Positions 19,778-29,587 of a stretch of 59,556 bases of DNA are shown here, in pieces. Both the position numbers and the translations under genes were made by a program. The stretch comes from Crenarchaeota archaeon SCGC AAA471-B05 (GTDB lineage Archaea > Thermoproteota > Thermoprotei > Gearchaeales > Gearchaeaceae): the NCBI GenBank assembly GCA_000380705.1, contig AQYM01000033.1, forward strand, positions 65,941 through 125,496, written 5' to 3'. Under the pieces are notes generated by a model, which did no database searches, had not been told where the DNA came from, and saw only the letters and a program-made list of their open reading frames with translations. Each line of letters opens with the position of its first letter. Position 1 is the stretch's first letter.

Positions 19778-19854
19778 TAATTTAATAATATTTATAAATA
19801 TTTCTTTTTGAAAAACATATCTAAAAAGAAATATTTATAAATATTATTAAATTA
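19778..19854. repeat. 32-bp perfect inverted repeat (arms 19778-19809 and 19823-19854, 13-nt spacer), each arm containing a TATA-like tttataaata
   Basis: Read directly. Left arm taatttaataatatttataaatatttcttttt; right arm aaaaagaaatatttataaatattattaaatta is its exact reverse complement. The right arm ends 10 nt before the ATG at 19865. Confidence 0.95.
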
Positions 19855-19864
19855 TTATTATCAT

Positions 19865-20170
19865 ATGACTACAGAAAAATCAGAAGAACAAAAGGTATAC
19901 GTAAAAGGACAGTGGCTTACAGTAAAAGAAATATCTACAAAATATGGTAAACCATTGACTGCTACTTCAATGGAAATCCTAAAATGGTTAAGGGAAAAGG
20001 GCGAACCTGTGTATTTCTTAAATCTTGTAAAAGAATTTAACTTAAATAAAATTACAGCATACTATACATTAAGAAAATTAGAGGCTAAAGGATTAATAGT
20101 AAGAATAGGTAAAAGGAATCCATTAATAGGTCTAACAGAAAAGGGTTATCAAGAAAGTTTAAAATCATAA
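19865..20170 (+). CDS. Small winged-helix DNA-binding protein (MarR/TrmB-like wHTH)
   Basis: 101 aa. ...ILKWLREKGEPVYFLNLVKEFNLNKITAYYTLRKLEAKGLIVRIG is a helix-turn-helix plus wing pattern. Confidence 0.6.
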   Translation: MTTEKSEEQKVYVKGQWLTVKEISTKYGKPLTATSMEILKWLREKGEPVYFLNLVKEFNLNKITAYYTLRKLEAKGLIVRIGKRNPLIGLTEKGYQESLKS

Positions 20171-20208
20171 AAGTTTAAATTTTATTTTTTTCTTTTATTT
20201 TTTTTGTT

Positions 20209-20901
20209 ATGAAAATACCCATAAGTGAAATTTTCTTTTCCATTCAAGGTGAAGGAGTTAACATTGGTAAGCCATCAATTTTTATAAGATTATATTATTG
20301 TAATCTTAAATGTATATGGTGCGACAGTAAATATACATGGGAAAACCAAGATAAGGCTAAAGAAGGTATAGATTATATCTTAATGGATGTCAACGATATC
20401 TTAAATTATATAAATAGGTTTAATTGTAATCATGTAGTTATAACTGGAGGAGAACCGTTGTTGCATCAAGATATTTTAAAATATTTATTAAAAGAATTAA
20501 AAAATAAAGGTTTTTATATAGAAATCGAAACCAACGGTACAATAAAACCAAAAGAAGAAATAATTGAATTAGTAGATTTATTTAATATAAGTCCTAAATT
20601 ATCAAATTCTAAGGTAGATTACAAATTAAGAATAAGGGATGAAGTTTTAAAGTTATTTTCAAAAATAAATAATTCAATTTTTAAATTTGTAATTTGTGAT
20701 GTAAATGATTTAAATGAGGTTGATGAACTTGTTAAAAAAATGGATATAAAAAAAGAAAAAGTGTATCTAATGCCTGAAGGTACTGATGAAAAAACGATTA
20801 AAGAAAGGAGTATTTGGCTAATAGAAGAAAGTAAAAAAAGAAATTACAATTTTACTACAAGATTACATATTTTAATGTTTGGTAATCAGAGAGGCAAGTA
20901 A
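20209..20901 (+). CDS. queE: 7-carboxy-7-deazaguanine synthase (radical SAM)
   Basis: EIFFSIQGEGVNIGKPSIFIRL plus CNLKCIWCDSKYTW (CX3CX2C). 230 aa. Confidence 0.85.
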   Translation: MKIPISEIFFSIQGEGVNIGKPSIFIRLYYCNLKCIWCDSKYTWENQDKAKEGIDYILMDVNDILNYINRFNCNHVVITGGEPLLHQDILKYLLKELKNKGFYIEIETNGTIKPKEEIIELVDLFNISPKLSNSKVDYKLRIRDEVLKLFSKINNSIFKFVICDVNDLNEVDELVKKMDIKKEKVYLMPEGTDEKTIKERSIWLIEESKKRNYNFTTRLHILMFGNQRGK

Positions 20902-20938
20902 TTCACTAAGCTATGTTCTTAGATTTTTTATAAAAAGA

Positions 20939-21376
20939 TCAACTGCTTGAAAATAATCTTCGATGCGTTTCCATCATACATCTATTCCATATAATTTCTA
21001 TGTTATTCTTTTTAGCTAATTCTACAGCTTCTTTATTATAAATTCCCAATTGTAACCAAACTATTTTGACACCTCTCTTTATTGCTTCTTCTACCACTTT
21101 TTTCACTTCTTCAGGAGGTCTAAATACATCTACAATATCGATTTTTACTTCCTCTGGTATCTCCAGTAAAGATTTATAAGCTTTTTCTCCTAAAATTTCT
21201 TCGGCGAAGGGATTTACGGGAATTATTTTATAACCTTTGGATTTTAAATATGCAGGAACATAGTTAGCAGGTTTTCCTTCTGTTCTGGAAGCTCCTACCA
21301 CAGCTATAACTTTGGAACTCTTTAAGATTTCCTTAATTCTTTCTTCTGAAACTCCGTCAGGAGGTATTTCAGACAT
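20939..21376 (-). CDS. CoA-binding domain protein (YccU/YneT-like)
   Basis: KVIAVVGASRTEGKPANYVPAYLKSKGYKIIPVNP is typical of the CoA_binding_2 family. Confidence 0.8.
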   Translation of the reverse strand: MSEIPPDGVSEERIKEILKSSKVIAVVGASRTEGKPANYVPAYLKSKGYKIIPVNPFAEEILGEKAYKSLLEIPEEVKIDIVDVFRPPEEVKKVVEEAIKRGVKIVWLQLGIYNKEAVELAKKNNIEIIWNRCMMETHRRLFSSS

Positions 21377-21628
21377 ATTTTAATCATAAATTAAAAAATA
21401 TAAAAAACAAATTTTGGTTTTCTTTAAACAAGGTATTGCTGACTTTTCCTGGAAAGCTATTAAAAAATCTGAATTTATTGATAGCTTTAATAAAATTAAA
21501 GAAGTTTTAATTAAATTTCAACCTAAAGATGAACTTTAATTTATTGCCAAAAGATTTTCTATTATTTTCTCATTATATTAATATTCAAGAAACCATTTAT
21601 TTGAGTTAATTCTAAATATTATGGTTTA

Positions 21629-22627
21629 TTATTTAATTTTCAGTATTAATTTTGCTATTTCATTATTCATTTTTAAATCAGATAACGCTTTTATAATATT
21701 TTCAAAATCATAAAAAATTTTATTAAAAGTTATTTTATTAAGTAAACCTGATCTTTGAATTTCGAATATTTCACTTTTTGTAGGAATCCCCGGTGAAATA
21801 ATTTCTTTACCTTCTAATAGAGGAGACGTTGCAAGCGATTTTAAAGTAACATTAATTATTCTTCCTTTAAATTTTACGCTTTTAACAAGTTTATAGAAGT
21901 TATCATCAGCCCTAAATAATATTAGTCCATCGTAATAATTTTTATTTATAGCGCTAATTTTCTTAATATTTACCTCTTTTAATATATTATTTAATTTCCT
22001 TTCTTCTTTTTCATTTAAAACAATCATTTCATTGTCTACATTAAAGAATTTACAAATTTGTATTATTAAAAAAGAAAAAAAATTTAATCCATAGATTGCT
22101 ATTTTATCTTCTAAATTTCTTAATGATAACTTAAATGATTTGTAAACTAAGGGTAAATTACATACTGTTAAGATAGCTTTTTCGCTAATTTCTTGTGGTA
22201 TTTTAAAAATAAAATTGCTTTTACCTATAAAATATTCTGCGTAGCATCCATCAATGCTTTCCCCAGTTATTAACAATTCTTTGCATGCACTTTCATTTCC
22301 ACTTAAGCATTCTTTACATTTACCGCATGAGCTATATAACATGCTTATGCCTACAAGGTCACCTTTTTTAAATTCTTCTACTTTATTTCCTATATCTTCA
22401 ACACTTCCTATAGCTTCATGACCCGGTATTATAGGTTTCTTACTAGGATATCCAAAATTTACCGCATCGCCTTCTATTAAATTAAGATCAATTTTGCAAA
22501 TTCCTATTTCTTTTAATTTTATTAATACCTCATCATCATTTAAACTCCTTAATTTTACTTTCTTTAATTCCAACGGATTATTCTCAATATTATTTATTTT
22601 TGTTAAAAACCATGCTTTCATTAACAT
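21629..22627 (-). CDS. Zinc-type medium-chain dehydrogenase/reductase (MDR) family protein, atypical
   Basis: GHEAIG catalytic region and structural-Zn motif CGKCKECLSGNESAC. The Rossmann glycine motif is degenerate (AIYGLNFFSF). Confidence 0.6.
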   Translation of the reverse strand: MLMKAWFLTKINNIENNPLELKKVKLRSLNDDEVLIKLKEIGICKIDLNLIEGDAVNFGYPSKKPIIPGHEAIGSVEDIGNKVEEFKKGDLVGISMLYSSCGKCKECLSGNESACKELLITGESIDGCYAEYFIGKSNFIFKIPQEISEKAILTVCNLPLVYKSFKLSLRNLEDKIAIYGLNFFSFLIIQICKFFNVDNEMIVLNEKEERKLNNILKEVNIKKISAINKNYYDGLILFRADDNFYKLVKSVKFKGRIINVTLKSLATSPLLEGKEIISPGIPTKSEIFEIQRSGLLNKITFNKIFYDFENIIKALSDLKMNNEIAKLILKIK

Positions 22628-22659
22628 ATTTTTTTATTGATAGTTTATAAAAAAATTGT

Positions 22660-23706
22660 ATGGAAATAGGCAAAGTAAGTCAGTGGTTCTTAAAAGAAGT
22701 AATTTTAAGTAACTTAGGTAAAGAAAATCCTAACGTAATTTTTGGTCCTAAAGTAGGAGGAGACGTTGCAGTAGTTAAAATAAATGAAAATCAAGTGCTA
22801 ATAGCCTGCGCTGATCCCTTATCGATAATACCCTCTTTGGGAATGGAAGATTCTGCATGGTTAACTGTTCATTTATTAGCTTCAGATTTAACAACATGTG
22901 GTAACCCTCCTATGTATGCTTTACTTAGTTATAATCTACCTCCTCATATGGATTATGCAGACTTTAAAAAATATTGGATCGCTGTTCATGAAGAAATGAA
23001 AAAATTAGGTATTGCAATAATAGGTGGTCATACTGGTAAATATGTAGGTTGCGATTTTACAGTTGTTGGAGGAGGTGTCATGATTACAATAGCTGATAAG
23101 GATAATTATGTTACAAGCAGAATGGCAAAACCTGGTGATTTGTTGGTGTTAACTAAAGGTGTAGCCATCTCAGCATCATCTATACTTGCAAGAGCTTTTC
23201 CTGAAAAAGTAGAGAAAGAGCTTGGAAGTAAAACTCAAAAGAAGTTAGCATCAATGTTCAAACAATTTTCCACAGTAAAAGACGCATTGTTAGCATCAAA
23301 AGTGGGATTAAGAAGTGGAGTAACAGCAATGCATGACTGTACTGAAGGAGGTTTATTTGGAGCCATTTATGAACTAACAGAAGCTTCTGAAACAGGAGTA
23401 ATAATTTATAAAGAAGACATAATTTTAGATGAAGATGTTAAAGCTATTTGTGAACTTTTCAAGATAGATCCCTACAGATCTTTAAATGAAGGAGCTCTTT
23501 TAATATGTGTTAAAAAAGAGCGGGTAGACGAGTTAATTAAAATTTTAAGATCTAATGACATAAATGCAGCAGTTATAGGAGAAATAAAGGAAAAAGAATA
23601 TGGTAAATGGATAGTAGAAAAAGGTAAAAAACAAAAATTAGAATATGTAGATGTGGATCCTTATTGGAAAGCTTTTTGGGATGCTTTTAAAGCTGGCTGG
23701 AAATAA
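22660..23706 (+). CDS. AIR synthase-related (PurM/HypE/ThiL superfamily) protein
   Basis: N-terminal GGDVAVV...ACADP and C-terminal MHDCTEGGL motifs of the PurM-like fold. Specific function not assignable. Confidence 0.65.
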   Translation: MEIGKVSQWFLKEVILSNLGKENPNVIFGPKVGGDVAVVKINENQVLIACADPLSIIPSLGMEDSAWLTVHLLASDLTTCGNPPMYALLSYNLPPHMDYADFKKYWIAVHEEMKKLGIAIIGGHTGKYVGCDFTVVGGGVMITIADKDNYVTSRMAKPGDLLVLTKGVAISASSILARAFPEKVEKELGSKTQKKLASMFKQFSTVKDALLASKVGLRSGVTAMHDCTEGGLFGAIYELTEASETGVIIYKEDIILDEDVKAICELFKIDPYRSLNEGALLICVKKERVDELIKILRSNDINAAVIGEIKEKEYGKWIVEKGKKQKLEYVDVDPYWKAFWDAFKAGWK

Positions 23707-23707
23707 A

Positions 23708-25816
23708 TTAAATAATTATTGCATAAGCTATAATTAAGCTAAGGAATACTATCGATATTGTATTTAAAACTTTTATCAAGGAATTTAAAGATGGCCCAGC
23801 TGTATCTTTCCAAGGATCTCCTACGGTATCTCCATATACGGTTACTTTGTGTAATTCGCTTCTCTTCATACCACTTAATTCGACTAATTTTTTAGCATTA
23901 TCCCAAGCAGCTCCTGCATTAGCCATTAATAAAGCTAAGAAAACTCCACTTGCAACACTTCCTATTAAAAGTCCTCCTAATGCTATGGGACCCAATATAA
24001 ATCCCAGCAATAATGGAGTTACTACAGCTATAAGCCCTGGAATAGCTAATTCTTTTAAAGATTCTTTTGTTACTATGTCAACACATTTTGCATAATCTGG
24101 TTTAGATTTTCCTTCTAGAAGGCCTGGTATTTCTTTAAATTGCCTTCTAACTTCTTCTACCACCTTCATCGATGTTCGTCCTACAGCTTTTATCAAAAAG
24201 GAACTAAATATGAAAGGTAATAGACTACCTATTAAAAGTCCTACGATAATTTTAGGATCGGATAACGAGAATTGGGGTGACGAAGAGCCATATACCATTA
24301 GGAATCTTGGAATTTCTTTAGCTTTATTTATAACCTCCATTTGAAAAGCTTGGAATAAAGCTAAAGCAGATAAAGCTGCGCTAGCTATCGCAAAACCTTT
24401 GGTTGTAGCTTTTACTGTATTACCTACAGAATCCAATTTATCTAATATTTTTCTTATATTCTCTCCTAGATTGCTCATTTCTGCGTTACCAGCTGCATTA
24501 TCAGTTATAGGACCATACGAATCTACACTCATTACTATACCAGTTAAAGATAGCATGGCCATAGTTAATATAGCTGTAGCATATACTGCAAATAATGAAC
24601 TATTTGTAAAGTAATAACCAGTTAAATAACTAATTATTATTGTTGCAACTATTATTATTGCTGCTGGAGCAGCGCTTTGAAGACCTACTGTATATCCTGC
24701 TAAAAAGTTGTGAGCAGGACTTATTTTTGAAGATTCTACTATAAATTTTGTAGGCTTATAATTATAAGAAGTAAAATAATCCACTATTTTCTCTATTGCT
24801 ACAACTATAATTACACCTGAAATCAAAGCAACAATTAAGCCAATGGCTATGTTTATTGGGAATATTAATATGCTTAAATATGAACCTATAACTATTGTTA
24901 AAACTGCTGAAACGATGAATGCCAAATCTAATACTTTCATTGGTTCTAACTTATTACCTAATCTTGGATTCACAATCAAAGATCCTATAATAGAACCAAA
25001 TATTCCTGCGGCGCCTATCATTAAAGGATAGAAGATTAAAGGCTCGATATAATCCTTAAATTCTGTGGTTCCCAATAAAACCCCCAATATTATTGCTGCA
25101 ATTCCAATAACTATATATGATTCGTAAATATCACTACCCATACCTGCTGCGTCTCCTATGTTATCTCCTACGTTATCAGCGATGACTGCTGGATTCCTTG
25201 GGTCATCTTCAGGTATTCCTGCTTCAACTTTCCCTACAAGATCTGCGCCTAAATCTGCAGCTTTGGTATATATTCCTCCACCTACTCTCATGAATAGTGC
25301 AATTAAGCTTGCTCCAAAACCTAGTCCAGCAATTAATGCTGGATCTTTTATTATTAAATCCTTAAATATAAACAAAAAAAGTGAAAGACCCATTAAAGCA
25401 AAACCTGCCACTGAAAAGCCCATAACACTTCCTCCTTTAAATGCAAGACTTAAAGCATAACCTATTCCTTTACTCGCTATATTAGCTACCCTGGCACTTG
25501 TTCTAACAGTTATTCCCATTCCTATATAACCTGCTAAAGCAGAAAAAACTCCTCCCACAGCGAAGCCCAATGCTGCTATAGGATTGACTGATAACAATAT
25601 TGCGATTGTCAGCACTATTCCTGCAGGTAAAATAACAGAATATTCTCTTTTTAAAAATGCTTCTGCACCTATCCTTACCGCATTAGCTATTTCCCTCATT
25701 TTTTCGTTTCCTTGAGAATATTTACGCAGAGATAAAATTTGATATAATGCATAAATTAATGCTATTAATGCTCCTAACCATGCTAAATCATAAATAGTGT
25801 ATGAAGGTATATTCAT
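23708..25816 (-). CDS. hppA: Membrane-bound proton/sodium-translocating pyrophosphatase
   Basis: GGGIYTKAADLGADLVGKVE, DNVGDNIGD and DTVGDPWKDTAGPSLN signature motifs. 702 aa polytopic protein. Confidence 0.95.
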   Translation of the reverse strand: MNIPSYTIYDLAWLGALIALIYALYQILSLRKYSQGNEKMREIANAVRIGAEAFLKREYSVILPAGIVLTIAILLSVNPIAALGFAVGGVFSALAGYIGMGITVRTSARVANIASKGIGYALSLAFKGGSVMGFSVAGFALMGLSLFLFIFKDLIIKDPALIAGLGFGASLIALFMRVGGGIYTKAADLGADLVGKVEAGIPEDDPRNPAVIADNVGDNIGDAAGMGSDIYESYIVIGIAAIILGVLLGTTEFKDYIEPLIFYPLMIGAAGIFGSIIGSLIVNPRLGNKLEPMKVLDLAFIVSAVLTIVIGSYLSILIFPINIAIGLIVALISGVIIVVAIEKIVDYFTSYNYKPTKFIVESSKISPAHNFLAGYTVGLQSAAPAAIIIVATIIISYLTGYYFTNSSLFAVYATAILTMAMLSLTGIVMSVDSYGPITDNAAGNAEMSNLGENIRKILDKLDSVGNTVKATTKGFAIASAALSALALFQAFQMEVINKAKEIPRFLMVYGSSSPQFSLSDPKIIVGLLIGSLLPFIFSSFLIKAVGRTSMKVVEEVRRQFKEIPGLLEGKSKPDYAKCVDIVTKESLKELAIPGLIAVVTPLLLGFILGPIALGGLLIGSVASGVFLALLMANAGAAWDNAKKLVELSGMKRSELHKVTVYGDTVGDPWKDTAGPSLNSLIKVLNTISIVFLSLIIAYAIII

Positions 25817-25859
25817 AACTATTTAATACATGTTACAAATTAAAAATTTTAAATTCCAA

Positions 25860-27470
25860 TTAAGAGATAAACTTTAAGTAATATTCTTCAGGAATTATAT
25901 TACCTATATTTAAAATTAAATTCGGATCTATGGATTTTTTAATACTTATTAGCTGCCTAATTGTTTCCTTATCATAAATTAAATCTATAATAGGTTTTTC
26001 CTTTCCGTTTTCTACATATTTCTTTTTTCCTATTCCATGTTCAGCAGTAGGTGTTCCTCCTAGTTCTATTGCTTTTTTTAAAAGCAATGTGCAATATTCT
26101 AAAGCTTTTTTTAATTCCACTTCATTTTTGGGTAAGAAGTTAAAATGTAAATGAAAATCTCCTATATGGCCAAATATAACATACAGAATGTTACTTTCTT
26201 TTCCTATTTTATGGTAATAATTGTACATTTCGTTAAAACTTTCTTCAGGTACTGCAATATCAGTAGCTACTTTATGTAATCCTTGTTTTCTAACAAACTC
26301 GTTAACACTCTTAGGTATACTATGTCTTATTTCTTTAGCTTTGTCAACGTCAAGTAACAATGAAGTTATCGGATTAAATCTTTCAATTATTTCGTTTATT
26401 TTGCTAAGATTTTTCATTAATTTTTCTTCATCGTTGCTCATTATTTCAAAGAAAATTATAGCTTTAGCTTCCTTATTGATTATTTCAGGATAGATTTTCT
26501 TTGCAATGTTTACAGAATTTTCATCAAAAAATTCTATGGAAATTATTTTATCTTCCATCTCATAAGCAATAGATTTAAGTTTTTTAACAAAGTTTATCGC
26601 GTCAAATTCTGTAAGAAACATTGAATAAAAAGGATATATAATTTTAGGTTTGCTTAATAATTTAATTTCTATTTCTGTAAAGACACCTAACGTTCCTTCC
26701 GAACCAATGAAAAGATCTATTAGATCCATATCTTTTTTAATGTAATAGCCCGCCGAGTTCTTTTTCAATTTAGGTAAATTATAGTGTGGTAATTCAAATT
26801 TAACTTCTTTACCATTAGGATAAACGATATAGAATTTCCAATCAATTACCTTATATTTTTCTCTTTCAACATTTATTATCTCGCCCGTTGGTAATACAAT
26901 TCTTATTCTTCTAATATAATCCCTAGTTGTACCAAAATGGAATGTTCTTGCACCACTAGCGTTTGTTGCTACGGTACCACCTAAAAAGGCGTTTTGTTCA
27001 GTAGGATCGGGCGGGTAAAATAAATCTTCATTCTCTAACATTTTATTCAATACTTTTAAAGGAATACCAGGAGGAGCTATAGCATAATACTCTCCTTTAT
27101 CTTCATCATAACCTATAATTATCGAGTAAGTTTTTCCTAGATATTCTTTTTTAAGTATTTTTTCATTCGACTTAGGTTTCCTATGTATTTCAGTAAATTC
27201 ATCCATCGCTATTATTACACCACCCAAGGGAACTCTTGAACCTGTAATCCCAGTACCACCACCTGATATTGTTACCTTTTTTTTAATTTTATTACATTCT
27301 TTGATTATTTGTATGATTTGATATTCATTCGTAGGGAAATATACTCTTTCAGCTGAACCTAGAATTATTCCTGATTCATCACTGACATAATTATTTATTA
27401 AAGTTTTATCTTCAGAAAATCTTATATTTTCATTTTCTTGTTCAATATCAATTGCAAAAATTTTATTCAT
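25860..27470 (-). CDS. FAD-linked oxidase (GlcD / D-lactate dehydrogenase family)
   Basis: PCMH-type FAD-binding region ISGGGTGITGSRVP and C-terminal GGTPTAEHGIGKKK. Confidence 0.75.
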   Translation of the reverse strand: MNKIFAIDIEQENENIRFSEDKTLINNYVSDESGIILGSAERVYFPTNEYQIIQIIKECNKIKKKVTISGGGTGITGSRVPLGGVIIAMDEFTEIHRKPKSNEKILKKEYLGKTYSIIIGYDEDKGEYYAIAPPGIPLKVLNKMLENEDLFYPPDPTEQNAFLGGTVATNASGARTFHFGTTRDYIRRIRIVLPTGEIINVEREKYKVIDWKFYIVYPNGKEVKFELPHYNLPKLKKNSAGYYIKKDMDLIDLFIGSEGTLGVFTEIEIKLLSKPKIIYPFYSMFLTEFDAINFVKKLKSIAYEMEDKIISIEFFDENSVNIAKKIYPEIINKEAKAIIFFEIMSNDEEKLMKNLSKINEIIERFNPITSLLLDVDKAKEIRHSIPKSVNEFVRKQGLHKVATDIAVPEESFNEMYNYYHKIGKESNILYVIFGHIGDFHLHFNFLPKNEVELKKALEYCTLLLKKAIELGGTPTAEHGIGKKKYVENGKEKPIIDLIYDKETIRQLISIKKSIDPNLILNIGNIIPEEYYLKFIS

Positions 27471-27594
27471 AATTAACTATAATTTTTATTTTAAAATTTA
27501 TAAAAAAAATTAAAATCCTTACTTTTTATATAGGAAAGAGTCTAACTTCATTACTATTATTTGGTTCTATTAAAAATCAAATCCTCTTCTTGCA

Positions 27595-28281
27595 TTAAAG
27601 GACTTTTGCTTCTTCTAAATCCCCTATAATTATATTTGTTATCCTTTCATAAAATATTCCATTTTCTATAACCCCTTTAATATTATTAATGCTCTCAGAT
27701 AATTCCTTAGGTTTTTCTATTATTCCAAAATCAGCATCTATTATATAATTCCCGTTATCTGTTATTATAGGTCCATCTTTTATTCTTTCCCCAAATCTTA
27801 TATTTACTTTTGCACCCATTTTATTTAATTCCTGTATTACTGGTTTTAATGCAAAGGGTAAAACCTCTATTGCAACTTTAGCTTTCTCTCCTATTTTATT
27901 GGAAAACTTAGTTTTATCAACCAAGATAACGTATTTTTTTGAATAGTATGAAAGAATTTTCTCTCTTAATAAAGCTCCTCCCCTTCCTTTTAAGGCATTC
28001 TTCCTTATATCTACTTCGTCTGCACCATCAAAAGTTATATCTAAATAAGGATAAGCGTCCAAGCTTTCCACTCTTAATCCCAAGTCTACTAATTTTAAAT
28101 AAATTTGGGTTGATGCTGGCACAAATCCAAGTATTATGTTTTTTTCTATCATATATTTGCGTATTTCTTCTAATAATAATTCCATTGTTGATCCAGAACC
28201 TATTCCAACTATTTGTCCGTCTTTTAAAAATTTTATAGCTTCCCTTATAGCTTTCTTTTTCATTTCTACAATCTTTTCCAT
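27595..28281 (-). CDS. rpiA: Ribose-5-phosphate isomerase A
   Basis: VGIGSGSTM, FDGADEVD and KGRGGALLREK motifs. Confidence 0.92.
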   Translation of the reverse strand: MEKIVEMKKKAIREAIKFLKDGQIVGIGSGSTMELLLEEIRKYMIEKNIILGFVPASTQIYLKLVDLGLRVESLDAYPYLDITFDGADEVDIRKNALKGRGGALLREKILSYYSKKYVILVDKTKFSNKIGEKAKVAIEVLPFALKPVIQELNKMGAKVNIRFGERIKDGPIITDNGNYIIDADFGIIEKPKELSESINNIKGVIENGIFYERITNIIIGDLEEAKVL

Positions 28282-28319
28282 ATATTAAGATTAAAATGGA
28301 GTAAAAACAATATAATTTT

Positions 28320-28856
28320 GTGAAATATTATACTAGAACAGGAGATAGCGGAGAAACTTCTATAATGTATGGCATTCGTGTATCTAAAGATGATGAAATA
28401 ATAGAGGCTTTAGGTAATATCGATGAATTAAGCTCAGTTGTTGGGTTAGCTATAGCTTATATAAAGGATGAAAAAATTAAAAATATATTATATACAGTTC
28501 AAAAATGTTTATATTTTATAGGGGCTGAAATAAGTGATCCTTATTTAAGAACTACTTTATTAGAAGAGGAGGATGTAAAATTCTTAGAAAAAATAATAGA
28601 CGAGTTTCAAGATAAAATTCCCCAAATAAAGCGTTTTATTGCACCGGGAGGTTCCTTAGCTTCTTGTTATTTGCATTTGGCTAGGAGTGTTTGTAGAAGA
28701 GCTGAAAGATATGTTGTAAGATTAGGTAAAAAGAAGAATTTAAATAAAAATATAATTCCCTACCTTAATAGGCTTTCTTCATTGTTTTTTGTTTTGGCTC
28801 TGCATTGTAATAAAATTGAAGGATACAAAGAAATAGAATTCGAATTACCGAAATGA
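28320..28856 (+). CDS. PduO-type ATP:cob(I)alamin adenosyltransferase
   Basis: N-terminal YTRTGDSGETS motif and helical bundle. GTG start. Confidence 0.85.
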   Translation: MKYYTRTGDSGETSIMYGIRVSKDDEIIEALGNIDELSSVVGLAIAYIKDEKIKNILYTVQKCLYFIGAEISDPYLRTTLLEEEDVKFLEKIIDEFQDKIPQIKRFIAPGGSLASCYLHLARSVCRRAERYVVRLGKKKNLNKNIIPYLNRLSSLFFVLALHCNKIEGYKEIEFELPK

Positions 28857-29419
28857 AGCTTATATACGTCATTACAGGAGGACCCTGTACAGGTAAAACA
28901 ACTTTAATAAATTACCTGTACAAAAGAGGATTTCATATTGTGGAAGAATCTGCTAGATTATTAGTTAAAGAAGGAATTTTAACGAAGGAAGATTTTATCA
29001 ATCCTAATAAAAGAGATTATCTTCAACGAATGATTATGAAGAAACAGATTGAACAGGAATCAAAAATACCTATTAATAAAATTACTTTTTTAGATAGAGG
29101 ATTAGTTGATGGAATAGCTTATTATTGGATAGTGAACATGGAACCTCCCTTTGAATTATTAGAATTATGTAAAAATAGAAATTACAGATTAGTATTTGTT
29201 TTGGAGCAGTTGGATAACTATCAATCAGATGAATTAAGGTATGAAGATTTTGAAACAGGAAAGAAAATCCATGAATATATAATAAAAGCATATAAAATGT
29301 TTGGTTATAAATTAATTTTTATTCCAAAGGCAAGTGTTGAAGAAAGGTTAAATATAATATTAGGGCATGTTAAAAAAGATTTAAAAATAAGCAAAACTTT
29401 CTCTCAACTTCTTCAATAA
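28853..29419 (+). CDS. AAA_28 / NadR-like P-loop NTPase
   Basis: Walker A ITGGPCTGKTTL and FLDRG Walker B-like motif. 4-nt overlap with the adenosyltransferase gene. Confidence 0.65.
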   Translation: MKLIYVITGGPCTGKTTLINYLYKRGFHIVEESARLLVKEGILTKEDFINPNKRDYLQRMIMKKQIEQESKIPINKITFLDRGLVDGIAYYWIVNMEPPFELLELCKNRNYRLVFVLEQLDNYQSDELRYEDFETGKKIHEYIIKAYKMFGYKLIFIPKASVEERLNIILGHVKKDLKISKTFSQLLQ

Positions 29420-29587
29420 GTCAAAAATGAGCAATATTTAGAGGTCCAGATTTATTATTCAATTGAAGCTATACATAAGATATATAAAAATTTAAATTTT
29501 CTTAAAAAATTCTTCTCTGGTGACTATATTTTAGGAATATTTTATTCATTTATTTTTTATACTTAAAATATCTTAAAGGAAATTAAA

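Noticed and set aside
23847-25460. Four 62-100-aa plus-strand ORFs inside the hppA region. Similar antisense ORFs occur inside gdhA, purF, purD, carB, ykoD and other genes.
   Set aside because: They lie entirely antisense to long genes with strong family motifs and have low-complexity, stop-poor mirror-frame composition. They are shadow ORFs.
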